Assembly: GCA_027061945.1 (NCBI GenBank)
Contig: JAMOVR010000354.1
Span: 1-19,899 of the forward strand
Length of the DNA: 19,899 bases
Reading direction: 5' to 3'
Origin: Candidatus Heimdallarchaeota archaeon
Lineage (GTDB): Archaea > Asgardarchaeota > Heimdallarchaeia > Heimdallarchaeales > JAJRWK01
A program made the translations under genes and the position numbers. Positions 9,089 to 17,238 of the stretch are shown one piece after another (the stretch's first letter is position 1; each line of letters begins with the position of its first letter). The notes beneath the pieces are model-generated. The model was not told the DNA's origin, did no database searches, and saw only the letters and a list, made by a program, of their open reading frames with translations.

Positions 9089-9544
9089 ATGGCAAAAGAA
9101 AGAACTTTCGTAATGATTAAACCAGATGCTGTTCAAAGAGGATTAGTCGGAGAAATCATTAAAAGAATTGAATCCGCAGGATTAAAGATTGTTGCTATGA
9201 AATTTATCAAGCCTTCTTTAGAACAAGCAAAAAAGCATTATGCTATTCATGAGGGAAAATCATTTTATGACAAGTTAATTACGTTTATCACTTCTGGTCC
9301 TGCTGTTCCTATGGTTGTCGAAGGAGAAAATGCAATTAATAGGGTTCGTCAACTTATGGGGAAAACAAATCCTTTAGATGCAGACGTTGGGACTATTCGT
9401 GCCGATCTTGCGATGGATATTGGAAGGAACTTAATTCATGGAGCAGATTCCCTTGAAAATGCAAAATATGAGATTGGTATTTATTTCACTGAAGAAGAAC
9501 TTGTTGACTGGGAGTGGATTCTAGAGCAATGGATTTATGAGTAA
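9089..9544 (+). CDS. ndk: Nucleoside diphosphate kinase
   Basis: ERTFVMIKPDAVQRGLVGEII and the active-site region NLIHGADS; 151 aa. SD GGGTGAT (9077-9083) lies 5 nt upstream. Confidence 0.95.
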   Translation: MAKERTFVMIKPDAVQRGLVGEIIKRIESAGLKIVAMKFIKPSLEQAKKHYAIHEGKSFYDKLITFITSGPAVPMVVEGENAINRVRQLMGKTNPLDADVGTIRADLAMDIGRNLIHGADSLENAKYEIGIYFTEEELVDWEWILEQWIYE

Positions 9545-9620
9545 TCCATGCAATTACAGTTTAAAACAATAAAAATAACAACAAATTAAAATAATTGTGA
9601 ATTGTTTCTCGCTTTCGTAT

Positions 9621-9793
9621 GGGCCTCTCTTACCGTGCGTTCACGGTGTTGGAGGACTCGCGCACGGAACAATTTCACTAAGGCCTCTGCTTCAGAGGTG
9701 TAATCAACAAACACATGTATGACATCCTGGAAAAAATTATCGGCTTTCATCCCTATCTCACCGTGTAGATGGAAAGGGAATTGATGCCGATAA
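9621..9793. ncRNA. GC-rich structured element (candidate small RNA or infB leader), family not recognised
   Basis: A GC-rich island in an AT-rich spacer. Helices: 9633-9639/9661-9667 (7 bp), 9621-9626/9681-9686, 9684-9689/9693-9698, and a composite hairpin 9737-9744/9786-9793 with inner stems 9750-9754/9775-9779 and 9755-9758/9767-9770. Strand not determined. Confidence 0.4.
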
Positions 9794-9853
9794 AGTTAAA
9801 AAAGAAAATATTATTGCTTTGATTATTTATTAAATAAATTCGGGTGAAAAACC

Positions 9854-11680
9854 ATGTCCGCTTCGTCCCCAGTTAAAAAAGAAGAAATTAAACGTATAAG
9901 ATCTCCAATCGCCGTAGTATTGGGTCATGTTGATAGTGGTAAAACCTCTCTACTCGACTCTGTAAGAGGTACAGCAGTTCAAGCACGCGAGGCTGGTGGA
10001 ATTACCCAACACGTAGGTGCGTCATTCTTCCCAGCAGACACAATAATTAAAGCAGCAGAGCCCGTCGCTAAAGCTTTAAACATTAAAATAGAGTTAAAAA
10101 TTCCAGGATTACTAATAATTGATACACCTGGACACGCTGCTTTTGTCAACTTACGTGCAAGGGGGGCGAGTGTCGCGGACATTGCTATTCTTGTAGTAGA
10201 CGCCACAAGAGGATTTCAAGCGCAAACATACGAATCAATAGACATATTAAAACAAAGAAGGACTCCCTTTATTGTAGCTTTGAATAAAATAGATCGACTT
10301 CCTGGTTGGAAACCTAATAAAGGGGAATCATTTCTTTCCACTATTAAAAAGCAAAATAAAAGAACCCAGCAGGAATTAGATAACAAGATTTATGAAGTAC
10401 AGGGTGAGCTCTCTTCTTTAGGATTTCCTGCTGAGAGATATGATAAAATAAGAGATTATACCAAAGCTGTAGCAATAGTACCTGTAAGTGCACATACAAA
10501 GGAAGGGATACCTGATCTTTTCCTAATACTCTCAGGGATTACTCAGCAGTACATGATGAAAAGACTACGTTATAGTGAAGGGCCTGGAAAAGGCGTTGTA
10601 CTTGAAGTCCGAGAAGAAGAAGGAATGGGAACTACTTTAGATATTGTTCTTTATGATGGAGTTATCAAAAAAGATGATACTGTTGTTTTTGCTACTAAAC
10701 AAGGAGCTAAATCTAGTAAAGTAAAGGCGTTACTGCTTCCTAAACCCTTAGATGAAATGAGAGATCCTCGTGATAAGTTCTCAAGAGTGAATGAGATTTA
10801 TGCTTCTGCGGGTGTGAAATTATTATTACAAGAACCAGAAGGAGCGTTAGCTGGTGCACCTATTTTTGTGGCATTATCAAAGAAAGAAGAAGAAAAACTA
10901 CGAAAAGAAATTGAAGAAGAGTTAAGAGCATTGAGAATTGACACACAGGATGAAGGTATAATTCTTAAAGCAGACACACTAGGCTCTCTCGAGGCATTGG
11001 TTGGTATGCTGCGGAGCCATGGGATACCAATAAGAAAAGCTGATGTGGGTGATATATCTAAAAGAGATGTTATGGAAGCATTAATTACAGCAGAAAAAGT
11101 TCCGCAGTATGGTGCGATAATAGGCTTTAATGTTGGTTTCCAAGGTGACGCGGAAGAAGAAGCGTACTTACAAGGATTGCCCGTATTTCTTGGCAATATA
11201 ATTTACCACGTAATAGATGAGTATTTAGCGTGGAAGGCGGAGATTGAAGAAAAAGAAAAAAGTCAAGTACTGGCAGACTTACAACGACCTGGAAAAATCA
11301 GGATTTTACCGAACTATGTTTTTAGAATTAGTAAACCTGCCGTTGTTGGTGTTGAAGTATTAGAAGGAATGATAACGCCTAAGAATATTCTCATAAGAGA
11401 AGATAATAAAAGAGTAGGAACAATTCAGCAAATTCAAGAAAACCGACAAAATATTGATAAGGCAACAAAAGGAAAACAAGTAGCAATCAGTATAAAAGGG
11501 CCTACTGTGGGAAGGCAAATCAAAGAGGATATGATACTATACACGGATATTAGGGGAAGAGATGCTAGATTATTAATGACAAAATATAAGGACCAGTTAG
11601 AACCAGGTGAATATGAACTTTTAGAAGAGATAGTTAAAATAAAACAGAGAGCAGGACATCGTTACTGGCCTTTTGCATAG
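9854..11680 (+). CDS. infB: Translation initiation factor aIF5B (IF-2 family GTPase)
   Basis: G-domain motifs GHVDSGKTSLLD, DTPGH and NKID; 608 aa with archaeal aIF5B architecture. SD GGGTGA (9842-9847) lies 6 nt upstream. Confidence 0.95.
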   Translation: MSASSPVKKEEIKRIRSPIAVVLGHVDSGKTSLLDSVRGTAVQAREAGGITQHVGASFFPADTIIKAAEPVAKALNIKIELKIPGLLIIDTPGHAAFVNLRARGASVADIAILVVDATRGFQAQTYESIDILKQRRTPFIVALNKIDRLPGWKPNKGESFLSTIKKQNKRTQQELDNKIYEVQGELSSLGFPAERYDKIRDYTKAVAIVPVSAHTKEGIPDLFLILSGITQQYMMKRLRYSEGPGKGVVLEVREEEGMGTTLDIVLYDGVIKKDDTVVFATKQGAKSSKVKALLLPKPLDEMRDPRDKFSRVNEIYASAGVKLLLQEPEGALAGAPIFVALSKKEEEKLRKEIEEELRALRIDTQDEGIILKADTLGSLEALVGMLRSHGIPIRKADVGDISKRDVMEALITAEKVPQYGAIIGFNVGFQGDAEEEAYLQGLPVFLGNIIYHVIDEYLAWKAEIEEKEKSQVLADLQRPGKIRILPNYVFRISKPAVVGVEVLEGMITPKNILIREDNKRVGTIQQIQENRQNIDKATKGKQVAISIKGPTVGRQIKEDMILYTDIRGRDARLLMTKYKDQLEPGEYELLEEIVKIKQRAGHRYWPFA

Positions 11681-11822
11681 TGATCTTTTGTTCACGTTTT
11701 ACTTCATCTTATTACAATCTTTTTTCATAACTTTTAGATATAAAGAATAAACTACGAAAAAAACTCCGTAACTCAAAAAATAATAAGTAGTTTCAAATAA
11801 AACGATATATTTGTGAGACCCC

Positions 11823-12629
11823 ATGAAACATCCCTCTTATAATTCAAAAGACAGGAATGCAATTAGAAATTATTATTCTAATTGGAATTATGACTGTCAA
11901 GACATAGATTTACGTTTTAGAGGAATAAAAATCATGGGGCTAGTTAGAACAATAAAAAAAAGAAAGACTAAATGGCATATATCATGGTCATGGTTACAAA
12001 AAACAATCAATAAACGCAGAGTAAATAACAACAATATTGCTATTCATTTAAGACAATATATTAACACACGAAGATTTCCTCTAAGAGTATTCATGACTTC
12101 AGTAGAGTTCTTTGATCCTAGAGCTTTAGGAAAAAGAAGATTAGGTTATCCTAGAATACTTCGCTCAGGAATAGTCTCTTTTGAAGAAGATTCTTCATTA
12201 CAAAGCTCAATTCATACTGCTCTTATATTGTCAGATGTATTAAAAAACATGCAACATAAGTTCGTTTTTACAGGAAATAAAAGTATACACGTCTGGGTTT
12301 TAGACTTTAAGTGGGAAGAATGGGTCCCCAAAAAATATTTGGTTAGAAATTATTATAAAGCACACTTAAGAGAAGTCAGTGAATATTTAGCTCGAAAAAA
12401 TTTTTTCGAATGGGTTGCTGAAACGAGTGGGGTTAAGAACTTAGATCGTAGCACTACTACCGATACAAGAAGGGTTATCCCGGTGCTTGATACTTTAAAT
12501 GCATTGACATGGAGAAAAGTCATTGAACTTAACCGTAAGGAACTTGAACTAGATGATCCTAATTATATACAGGGAGTGGCGAATGTCCGCTCCCTAATAG
12601 GGGATGGACTGCCCAGACGGGCGGGATGA
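11823..12629 (+). CDS. Compact archaeo-eukaryotic primase small-subunit-like protein (PriS-like)
   Basis: AEP motifs in the right order: IRNYYSNW and FPLRVFMTSVEFFDP in the N-terminal region; motif I IVSFEEDSS (ExD in place of DxD); motif II FTGNKSIHVWV; motif III LDRSTTTDTRRVIPVLDTLN. The last ~19 codons run into a GC-rich RNA-like element, so the true 3' end is uncertain. Confidence 0.6.
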   Translation: MKHPSYNSKDRNAIRNYYSNWNYDCQDIDLRFRGIKIMGLVRTIKKRKTKWHISWSWLQKTINKRRVNNNNIAIHLRQYINTRRFPLRVFMTSVEFFDPRALGKRRLGYPRILRSGIVSFEEDSSLQSSIHTALILSDVLKNMQHKFVFTGNKSIHVWVLDFKWEEWVPKKYLVRNYYKAHLREVSEYLARKNFFEWVAETSGVKNLDRSTTTDTRRVIPVLDTLNALTWRKVIELNRKELELDDPNYIQGVANVRSLIGDGLPRRAG

Positions 12630-12760
12630 TCAGCCCTTGGGGGATATGAGAGGGATAGACTCCCGGAGCAAGATCCTCTTCCCCAATGGAAATGAAGCTC
12701 CGGGTAAAAAATTTTTATATATCTTATTTAAGTAAGGAGATCTGCTATTGTTGTATTCCA
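12572..12760 (+). ncRNA. RNase P RNA-like structured RNA (boundaries uncertain, may extend to ~13072)
   Basis: GGCGAAUGUCCGCUCCCUAAUAGGGGAUGG resembles CR-I (GAGGAAAGUCCGGGCUCCAUAGGGCAGGG). GAUAGACUCCCGGAGCAAGAUCC resembles the conserved GGUAAACUCCACCCGGAGCAAGGCC block. GGAGAUCUGCUAUUG resembles GUAGGCUGCUUGAG. A perfect 12-bp hairpin sits at 12753-12785. I did not find CR-IV/CR-V or the P4 3' strand. Confidence 0.4.
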
Positions 12761-12905
12761 ATCACATAAATCGTGATTGAATACTCTGTTTTAGCTTTAT
12801 TTTTGATTATTATCTCTACGTTGTCTATATTAATATTATAATTTCTCATTCCCAATCTACCTTTCCAGAAAGAAGGAAAGTTTTCTTCAAGAGCGTTTAA
12901 CTTTC

Positions 12906-12952
12906 TCGGCGGGAAATCCTCTCCCTTCCGCAAGGGAGGGAATGAAAGCCGA
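12906..12952 (+). ncRNA. GNRA-capped hairpin module with asymmetric internal loop (paralogue of hairpin 12662-12704)
   Basis: Outer stem UCGGC/GCCGA. Inner 8-bp stem 12922-12929/12934-12941 capped by GCAA. It shares AUCCUCUyCCC and GGrAAUGAArGC strings with the 12662-12704 hairpin. Confidence 0.4.
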
Positions 12953-12989
12953 AAACATCATATGTTTTTTTGTATATTTTTTTCTTGCA

Positions 12990-13072
12990 GGGCTGGGACG
13001 GCCCGTAGCGCCTGTGGAGAGAGTCTCCTCTGTGAAGCAGGAAGCCCCTAGCAAAAGCAAGGGGTAGCTCAC
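12990..13072 (+). ncRNA. GC-rich structured module (hairpins 12990-13004 and 13032-13072), possibly part of the same RNA as 12572-12760
   Basis: Stem GGGCU/GGCCC. Extended hairpin GUGA(A)GC-AGGAA-GCCCCUAGC-AAAA-GCAAGGGGU-A-GCUCAC. The minus-strand ORFs called here are low-complexity and implausible. Confidence 0.35.
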
Positions 13073-13111
13073 AAAAGAAGTATAGGTATATAGGTCACTT
13101 ATACATTTATA

Positions 13112-14368
13112 CTATATTTTTAGTCCTCTATTGATGATTAGCTCTCCTAAAATAAACACTCCAAGTATGTTTTGTTTGTTTTGAAGGATAGTAATGTCTT
13201 TTAATGGGTCTTCTTTTAGTATTAAAACATCAGCATCATATCCTTCATGTAAATATCCTGTTTTAGGAGCACGCGGGCCTAGCGTTAGTGGACCATTATA
13301 TGTAGAAGCATGAATCGCTTCTAATGGTGTCATTCCGATCTCAGTAAGATTCTCAAGTTCCTTTGCATTTTCACCCCATGGAACAAGAGAATCTGATCCC
13401 GAAGAATAAATATCTGTTCCCATAGCAATTTTAACTCCTTTTTTATATGCCAGTTTCATTCCATTCAAGTGATCTTTCATAACAACTTTCATCTTCTCAA
13501 TTACTTCTGGCTGAGCACCCATTTTAGGTCCTAACTCCATAAGCCTTCTAGTAATATAGATCGTGGGAACTAGAAAAGTTCCTCTCTCAATCATTAAGTC
13601 AATAATTTCCTCATTGATCCAAGTACCATGTTCAATGGAATGAACACCGGCCTCAACCGCTACTTTCATTCCAGCAGCACCATGTGCATGAGCCATTACA
13701 ATTCTATCTTTTGCCTTTGCTTCTTCAACAATTGCTTTTACTTCTTCATAAGTAAATTCCTGGTGATGAGGAGAATCTCTCTGACTCATTACACCACCAC
13801 TAGCCATTATCTTAATGTGATCGGCACCTGCCCTCAACTGCATTCTTACTGCTTTCTTTGCTTCCCAAGGCCCATCTACTATTCCCGACCCGAAAAACGG
13901 GTTCTGGAATGCTTTCAAAACATCTAACGGCACCATGTGCATGTCTGCATGCCCGCCGGTAGTGCCCAAAGGTGCACCTGGGGCAAAAACTCTTGGACCA
14001 ATCACAGAACCATCGTTAATCATGTATTTAAGATCTAAACCAATTCCACCAGCTTCTCTTACACCTGTAATTCCCGCTTCCACCGCGGTTTTCGCATCAT
14101 ACGTTACTCTCATTGCCATCTGTGTTGGTGGTGTTAATAGCCATTCTGAGGGATTAGCAGTTTTTACACCAAAGAAATGAGCATGTGTATCCCACATTCC
14201 GGGCATTACTGCCTTCTCATTAATAGTCACGTCCGCTTTAGGGGCATGTTCCGCTTCTCCAGCATAAACAATTTCACTTCCTGAAAAAACAAGTGCTCCA
14301 TTCTTTACTGGCCCGTCAAGTGAGCCATCTATTAAAACATCAGTTTCGATCTTGACTGTTTTTTCCAT
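13112..14368 (-). CDS. Metal-dependent amidohydrolase-superfamily protein (COG1228-like)
   Basis: HxH motif MWDTHAHFF, KIMASGG (carbamylated Lys position), AHAHG, IEHGT, GTDI, DADVLIL. I prefer ATG at 14368 (MEKTVK) over the TTG at 14374. Confidence 0.85.
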   Translation of the reverse strand: MEKTVKIETDVLIDGSLDGPVKNGALVFSGSEIVYAGEAEHAPKADVTINEKAVMPGMWDTHAHFFGVKTANPSEWLLTPPTQMAMRVTYDAKTAVEAGITGVREAGGIGLDLKYMINDGSVIGPRVFAPGAPLGTTGGHADMHMVPLDVLKAFQNPFFGSGIVDGPWEAKKAVRMQLRAGADHIKIMASGGVMSQRDSPHHQEFTYEEVKAIVEEAKAKDRIVMAHAHGAAGMKVAVEAGVHSIEHGTWINEEIIDLMIERGTFLVPTIYITRRLMELGPKMGAQPEVIEKMKVVMKDHLNGMKLAYKKGVKIAMGTDIYSSGSDSLVPWGENAKELENLTEIGMTPLEAIHASTYNGPLTLGPRAPKTGYLHEGYDADVLILKEDPLKDITILQNKQNILGVFILGELIINRGLKI

Positions 14369-14605
14369 AAACAATCAGATCTGGAATAACTTTATAATTC
14401 TTATTAGCATGTTGAAACGAAATAAACAGATATGTAATATCTTACCAAATTTTTACTAAATCATTTATTTATTTTTTTAATTTATGCTTGAAAAAAACAT
14501 TCTCGCAACCCATTAAAGATTTTCTTTTTAAAAATAATCTTTGCTTATTATGTGTTATGTTACACACCTTTACCCTTAATTATTAGTTTGAATATACATG
14601 AAACA

Positions 14606-15295
14606 ATGTCTTTTTACCGTCACCACTCAGATGAGACCTTTTTAGGAGTTATGACGTCATTAATTTTTTTGACGCTACTAATTTGGAACTTTCAAAGTGC
14701 TTTCTACTATCTGGGATTCCCACCCTCCGCGGTGCTTTTGATAATATGGCTTTCTTTCTTGGGGAGCTTAATTAATATCCCTATTACTTATGTAGAAAGC
14801 GAAGGAACGGAGGTTGTTGAAGTTCCAGTTTCTTTTTTTGGGTTTAGGTATGTTGTTCCAGTTTATAAACAACCAAATCGTACTCTCATAGCAATAAATG
14901 TTGGTGGTGCAGTAATTCCCGTAATTATCGCTACATTATTGTTAATTATGCGTCCCGTGGCAATTCTATATGTTATTCCCGGAACTATTATTGCTGCTAT
15001 TATTATTCATCGTTTTGCTAAGGTCGTTCCTCATGTAGGTATTGCAGTTCCTTTTTTTGTCCCTCCGATGGTTAGTGCATTAATCGCAGTAATCTTCTCT
15101 TGGGGTAATCATGAATTAGCACCTATTATTGCTTATTCTGTTGGTACTTTTGGTTCTTTAATAGGAGCAGATCTATTAAATCTGAAAAAAATTCCTGAAA
15201 CTAAAGCCCCTATCGCTTCGATTGGCGGTGCAGGAACTTTTGATGGTGTCTTTTTGGCAGGGATCTTTGCAGTATTATTAGTTGCATTTTTCTAA
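14606..15295 (+). CDS. Polytopic membrane protein (possibly DUF1614-type)
   Basis: Hydrophobic throughout, with a conserved-looking INVGGAVIPV motif. The first in-frame ATG is at 14606; the ORF track starts at GTG 14552. Family assignment is from memory only. Confidence 0.55.
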   Translation: MSFYRHHSDETFLGVMTSLIFLTLLIWNFQSAFYYLGFPPSAVLLIIWLSFLGSLINIPITYVESEGTEVVEVPVSFFGFRYVVPVYKQPNRTLIAINVGGAVIPVIIATLLLIMRPVAILYVIPGTIIAAIIIHRFAKVVPHVGIAVPFFVPPMVSALIAVIFSWGNHELAPIIAYSVGTFGSLIGADLLNLKKIPETKAPIASIGGAGTFDGVFLAGIFAVLLVAFF

Positions 15296-15425
15296 AAAAT
15301 AAAGCCCCTATCTCTTTTTTTCTTATATTTTATGTAGTTAAATATTTTAGAGATTATAATTACGAAGATATCTTAATAGTCAATTTCAAAAAGTATATTG
15401 AATAGAAGCGTTTAGGCGGGAATAA

Positions 15426-16292
15426 ATGAATGCTCTGTATGTGTTATTATTAGCAGTCCTTGTTAATATTCCAATAGCATTATATGCAATATTGAAAAAA
15501 TCCTTACGTATTCCCGATGGTTTATTGGCTGCGGCAATTATGGGAATATTACTTTTTATGGCAAATTGGTTTTATTGGGCCGCGGTAATCATTTTTTTTG
15601 CTTCATCTTCTCTTCTTACAAGATATAAAGAAAAAAACCGTATAAAACAGGAAGCTATGGAATATGCCGAAAAAGGAGGTACTCGAGATGCATTTCAAGT
15701 ATTTGCAAACGGCGGTATCGCGATGCTCGCAGCAATTTATGTAATTATTAACCAAGGAATATGGAAAGGGTCTCTTACAGATCCAATTGCAATTGGTGCA
15801 ATAACCTCAGTAGCAACTGTGACGGCAGATACATGGGCAACTGAAATCGGAGTTCTTTCTAGAAAGCAACCAGTGTGGATTTTGAATCCTTTTAAGAAAG
15901 TTCCCCGTGGAACATCTGGAGGCATTTCTCTCCGTGGGATTGGTGCTACTGCTTTAGGGAGTTCCCTAATTGCGTTTTCATATTTCTTTGCAGCAACTCT
16001 TGAAACAAAAAATTATCAAAAAATACTCATAATTACAATAATAATCTTAATTGGCGGGATTTTTGGTTCATTAGTTGATTCTTTTTTAGGAGCGATAATT
16101 CAAGCGCAATATGAATGTCCAGTTTGTAAGAAAATAACAGAAAAAAAAGTTCATTTAAAATGTGGTGGGACAATTACTAAACATGTTAAAGGGCTTAAAA
16201 TAATAAATAATGACATTGTTAATGTAATTGCTGCATTGATCCCCTCAATAATTGTCTACTTTTTTACAAAATATGTTTATTATCCCTACTAA
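15426..16292 (+). CDS. DUF92/TMEM19-family integral membrane protein with zinc-ribbon-like insertion
   Basis: FASSSLLTRYKEKNR, GGTRDAFQVFANGG and GGIFGSLVDSFLGAIIQ match the TMEM19/DUF92 signature strings. Insertion: CPVCKK..x11..HLKCGG. AGGCGGG lies 5 nt upstream of the ATG. Confidence 0.7.
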   Translation: MNALYVLLLAVLVNIPIALYAILKKSLRIPDGLLAAAIMGILLFMANWFYWAAVIIFFASSSLLTRYKEKNRIKQEAMEYAEKGGTRDAFQVFANGGIAMLAAIYVIINQGIWKGSLTDPIAIGAITSVATVTADTWATEIGVLSRKQPVWILNPFKKVPRGTSGGISLRGIGATALGSSLIAFSYFFAATLETKNYQKILIITIIILIGGIFGSLVDSFLGAIIQAQYECPVCKKITEKKVHLKCGGTITKHVKGLKIINNDIVNVIAALIPSIIVYFFTKYVYYPY

Positions 16293-16423
16293 TTTTGTGA
16301 TTAATTTATTATTTTTCTAAAAAATATTGAAAACTTAATGTATACTACTCTAAAATCGAAAAATAATTGTGTGTATCTGTGAGTGTTTATTAACAAAGAA
16401 AAACTTATACTTTAGTGAATAAA

Positions 16424-17158
16424 ATGCCCCCGGGTGGAATACATTTAGCCATTGGGATGTGGCTGGGGAAAAAAACAACACAGCGTCATTTTCGACTAGG
16501 GATTATTTTTGGTTCGATATTACCGGATATCGACTTACTTTTTAGTGTGATTATCTTTTTAATTACAAAAAATCTAAATGAAGCAATTTCAATACATAGG
16601 ACTGTTACACATAGTTTCGTGACTTATACTACGTTTTTAATATTAGTAATGATCTCAACACTAACCGGAATAACTGATGAATACGTATTATCTTTTGCTT
16701 TTGGCCTGTGGATAGGTACTTCTATTCATATTGTCTTAGATCTTTTTTATCTCGCCGGTGTTCAGATTTTCTATCCTTTTGGTGGATTTATTTCACTTAG
16801 CCCAATTAATTATGCTGATCTTTCTCCATTTTGGCAACGCTTCTTGCTAAGTATTGATTATTTAACAGATCCCCTATTGTTTTATATTCCACTTTGTAAG
16901 TATGTTAACCTTCTAAAAGTGGACGCTAGTAGAAAAAGGTGTTTCTTGTTATATTTCATGATTTATTGGTCGGTATCTACTAATCTATCATTTTTGTTAA
17001 TTGGAATATTAATTCCAGTACCTATCGAAAAATTTGTCATTATGGTGTATATCCCTGGGATTTTTACTCTTACTTTCTCAATATTTTCGCCCCTAATTTA
17101 TAGGAGAACAATTCTTCATCCGAAGTTTAGTCCTTATAATTACTATCAACGATATTAA
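16424..17158 (+). CDS. YdjM/DUF457-family membrane-bound metal-dependent hydrolase
   Basis: GSILPDIDL and HRTVTHS signature motifs followed by hydrophobic helices. Start is ATG 16424 or GTG 16415. Confidence 0.7.
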   Translation: MPPGGIHLAIGMWLGKKTTQRHFRLGIIFGSILPDIDLLFSVIIFLITKNLNEAISIHRTVTHSFVTYTTFLILVMISTLTGITDEYVLSFAFGLWIGTSIHIVLDLFYLAGVQIFYPFGGFISLSPINYADLSPFWQRFLLSIDYLTDPLLFYIPLCKYVNLLKVDASRKRCFLLYFMIYWSVSTNLSFLLIGILIPVPIEKFVIMVYIPGIFTLTFSIFSPLIYRRTILHPKFSPYNYYQRY

Positions 17159-17200
17159 AAGTGGTAATAATAAAAGTGATTTTGGTGAAAGCATTCTTAA

Positions 17201-17238
17201 TGAAGCAAGAAGCCCCTCGCAAAGCAAGCGATAGATCA
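17201..17238 (+). repeat. Degenerate copy of the 13033-13071 element
   Basis: TGAAGCAAGAAGCCCCTCGCAAAGCAAGCGATAGATCA versus TGAAGCAGGAAGCCCCTAGCAAAAGCAAGGGGTAGCTCA gives 33 of 39 positions by hand alignment. It lies between convergent genes. Confidence 0.5.

Noticed and set aside
9619-9681. 20-codon ORF MGLSYRAFTVLEDSRTEQFH inside the GC-rich island
   Set aside because: It is too short, has no SD, and coincides with strong RNA helices.
9739-9796. Assigning the 9739-9791 hairpin to the C/D-box or H/ACA sRNA class
   Set aside because: The UGAUG string is on the 3' arm with only UUCA opposite it, and there is no proper D box. The distance from the pocket to the AUA after the stem is too short for H/ACA. 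I kept it only as an unclassified structured element.
12999-13052. tRNA-like string GGCCCGUAGCGCC, and a possible GUG anticodon loop CUGUGAA
   Set aside because: No D-stem complement, no T-arm (GGTTCGAATCC-type) anywhere nearby, and the anticodon stem does not pair. I found no tRNA in the window.
12745-13072. Minus-strand ORFs 12745-12933 and 12887-13072
   Set aside because: They are short and overlap each other and the GC-rich hairpin modules. Their sequences are low-complexity, and no start context or motif supports them.
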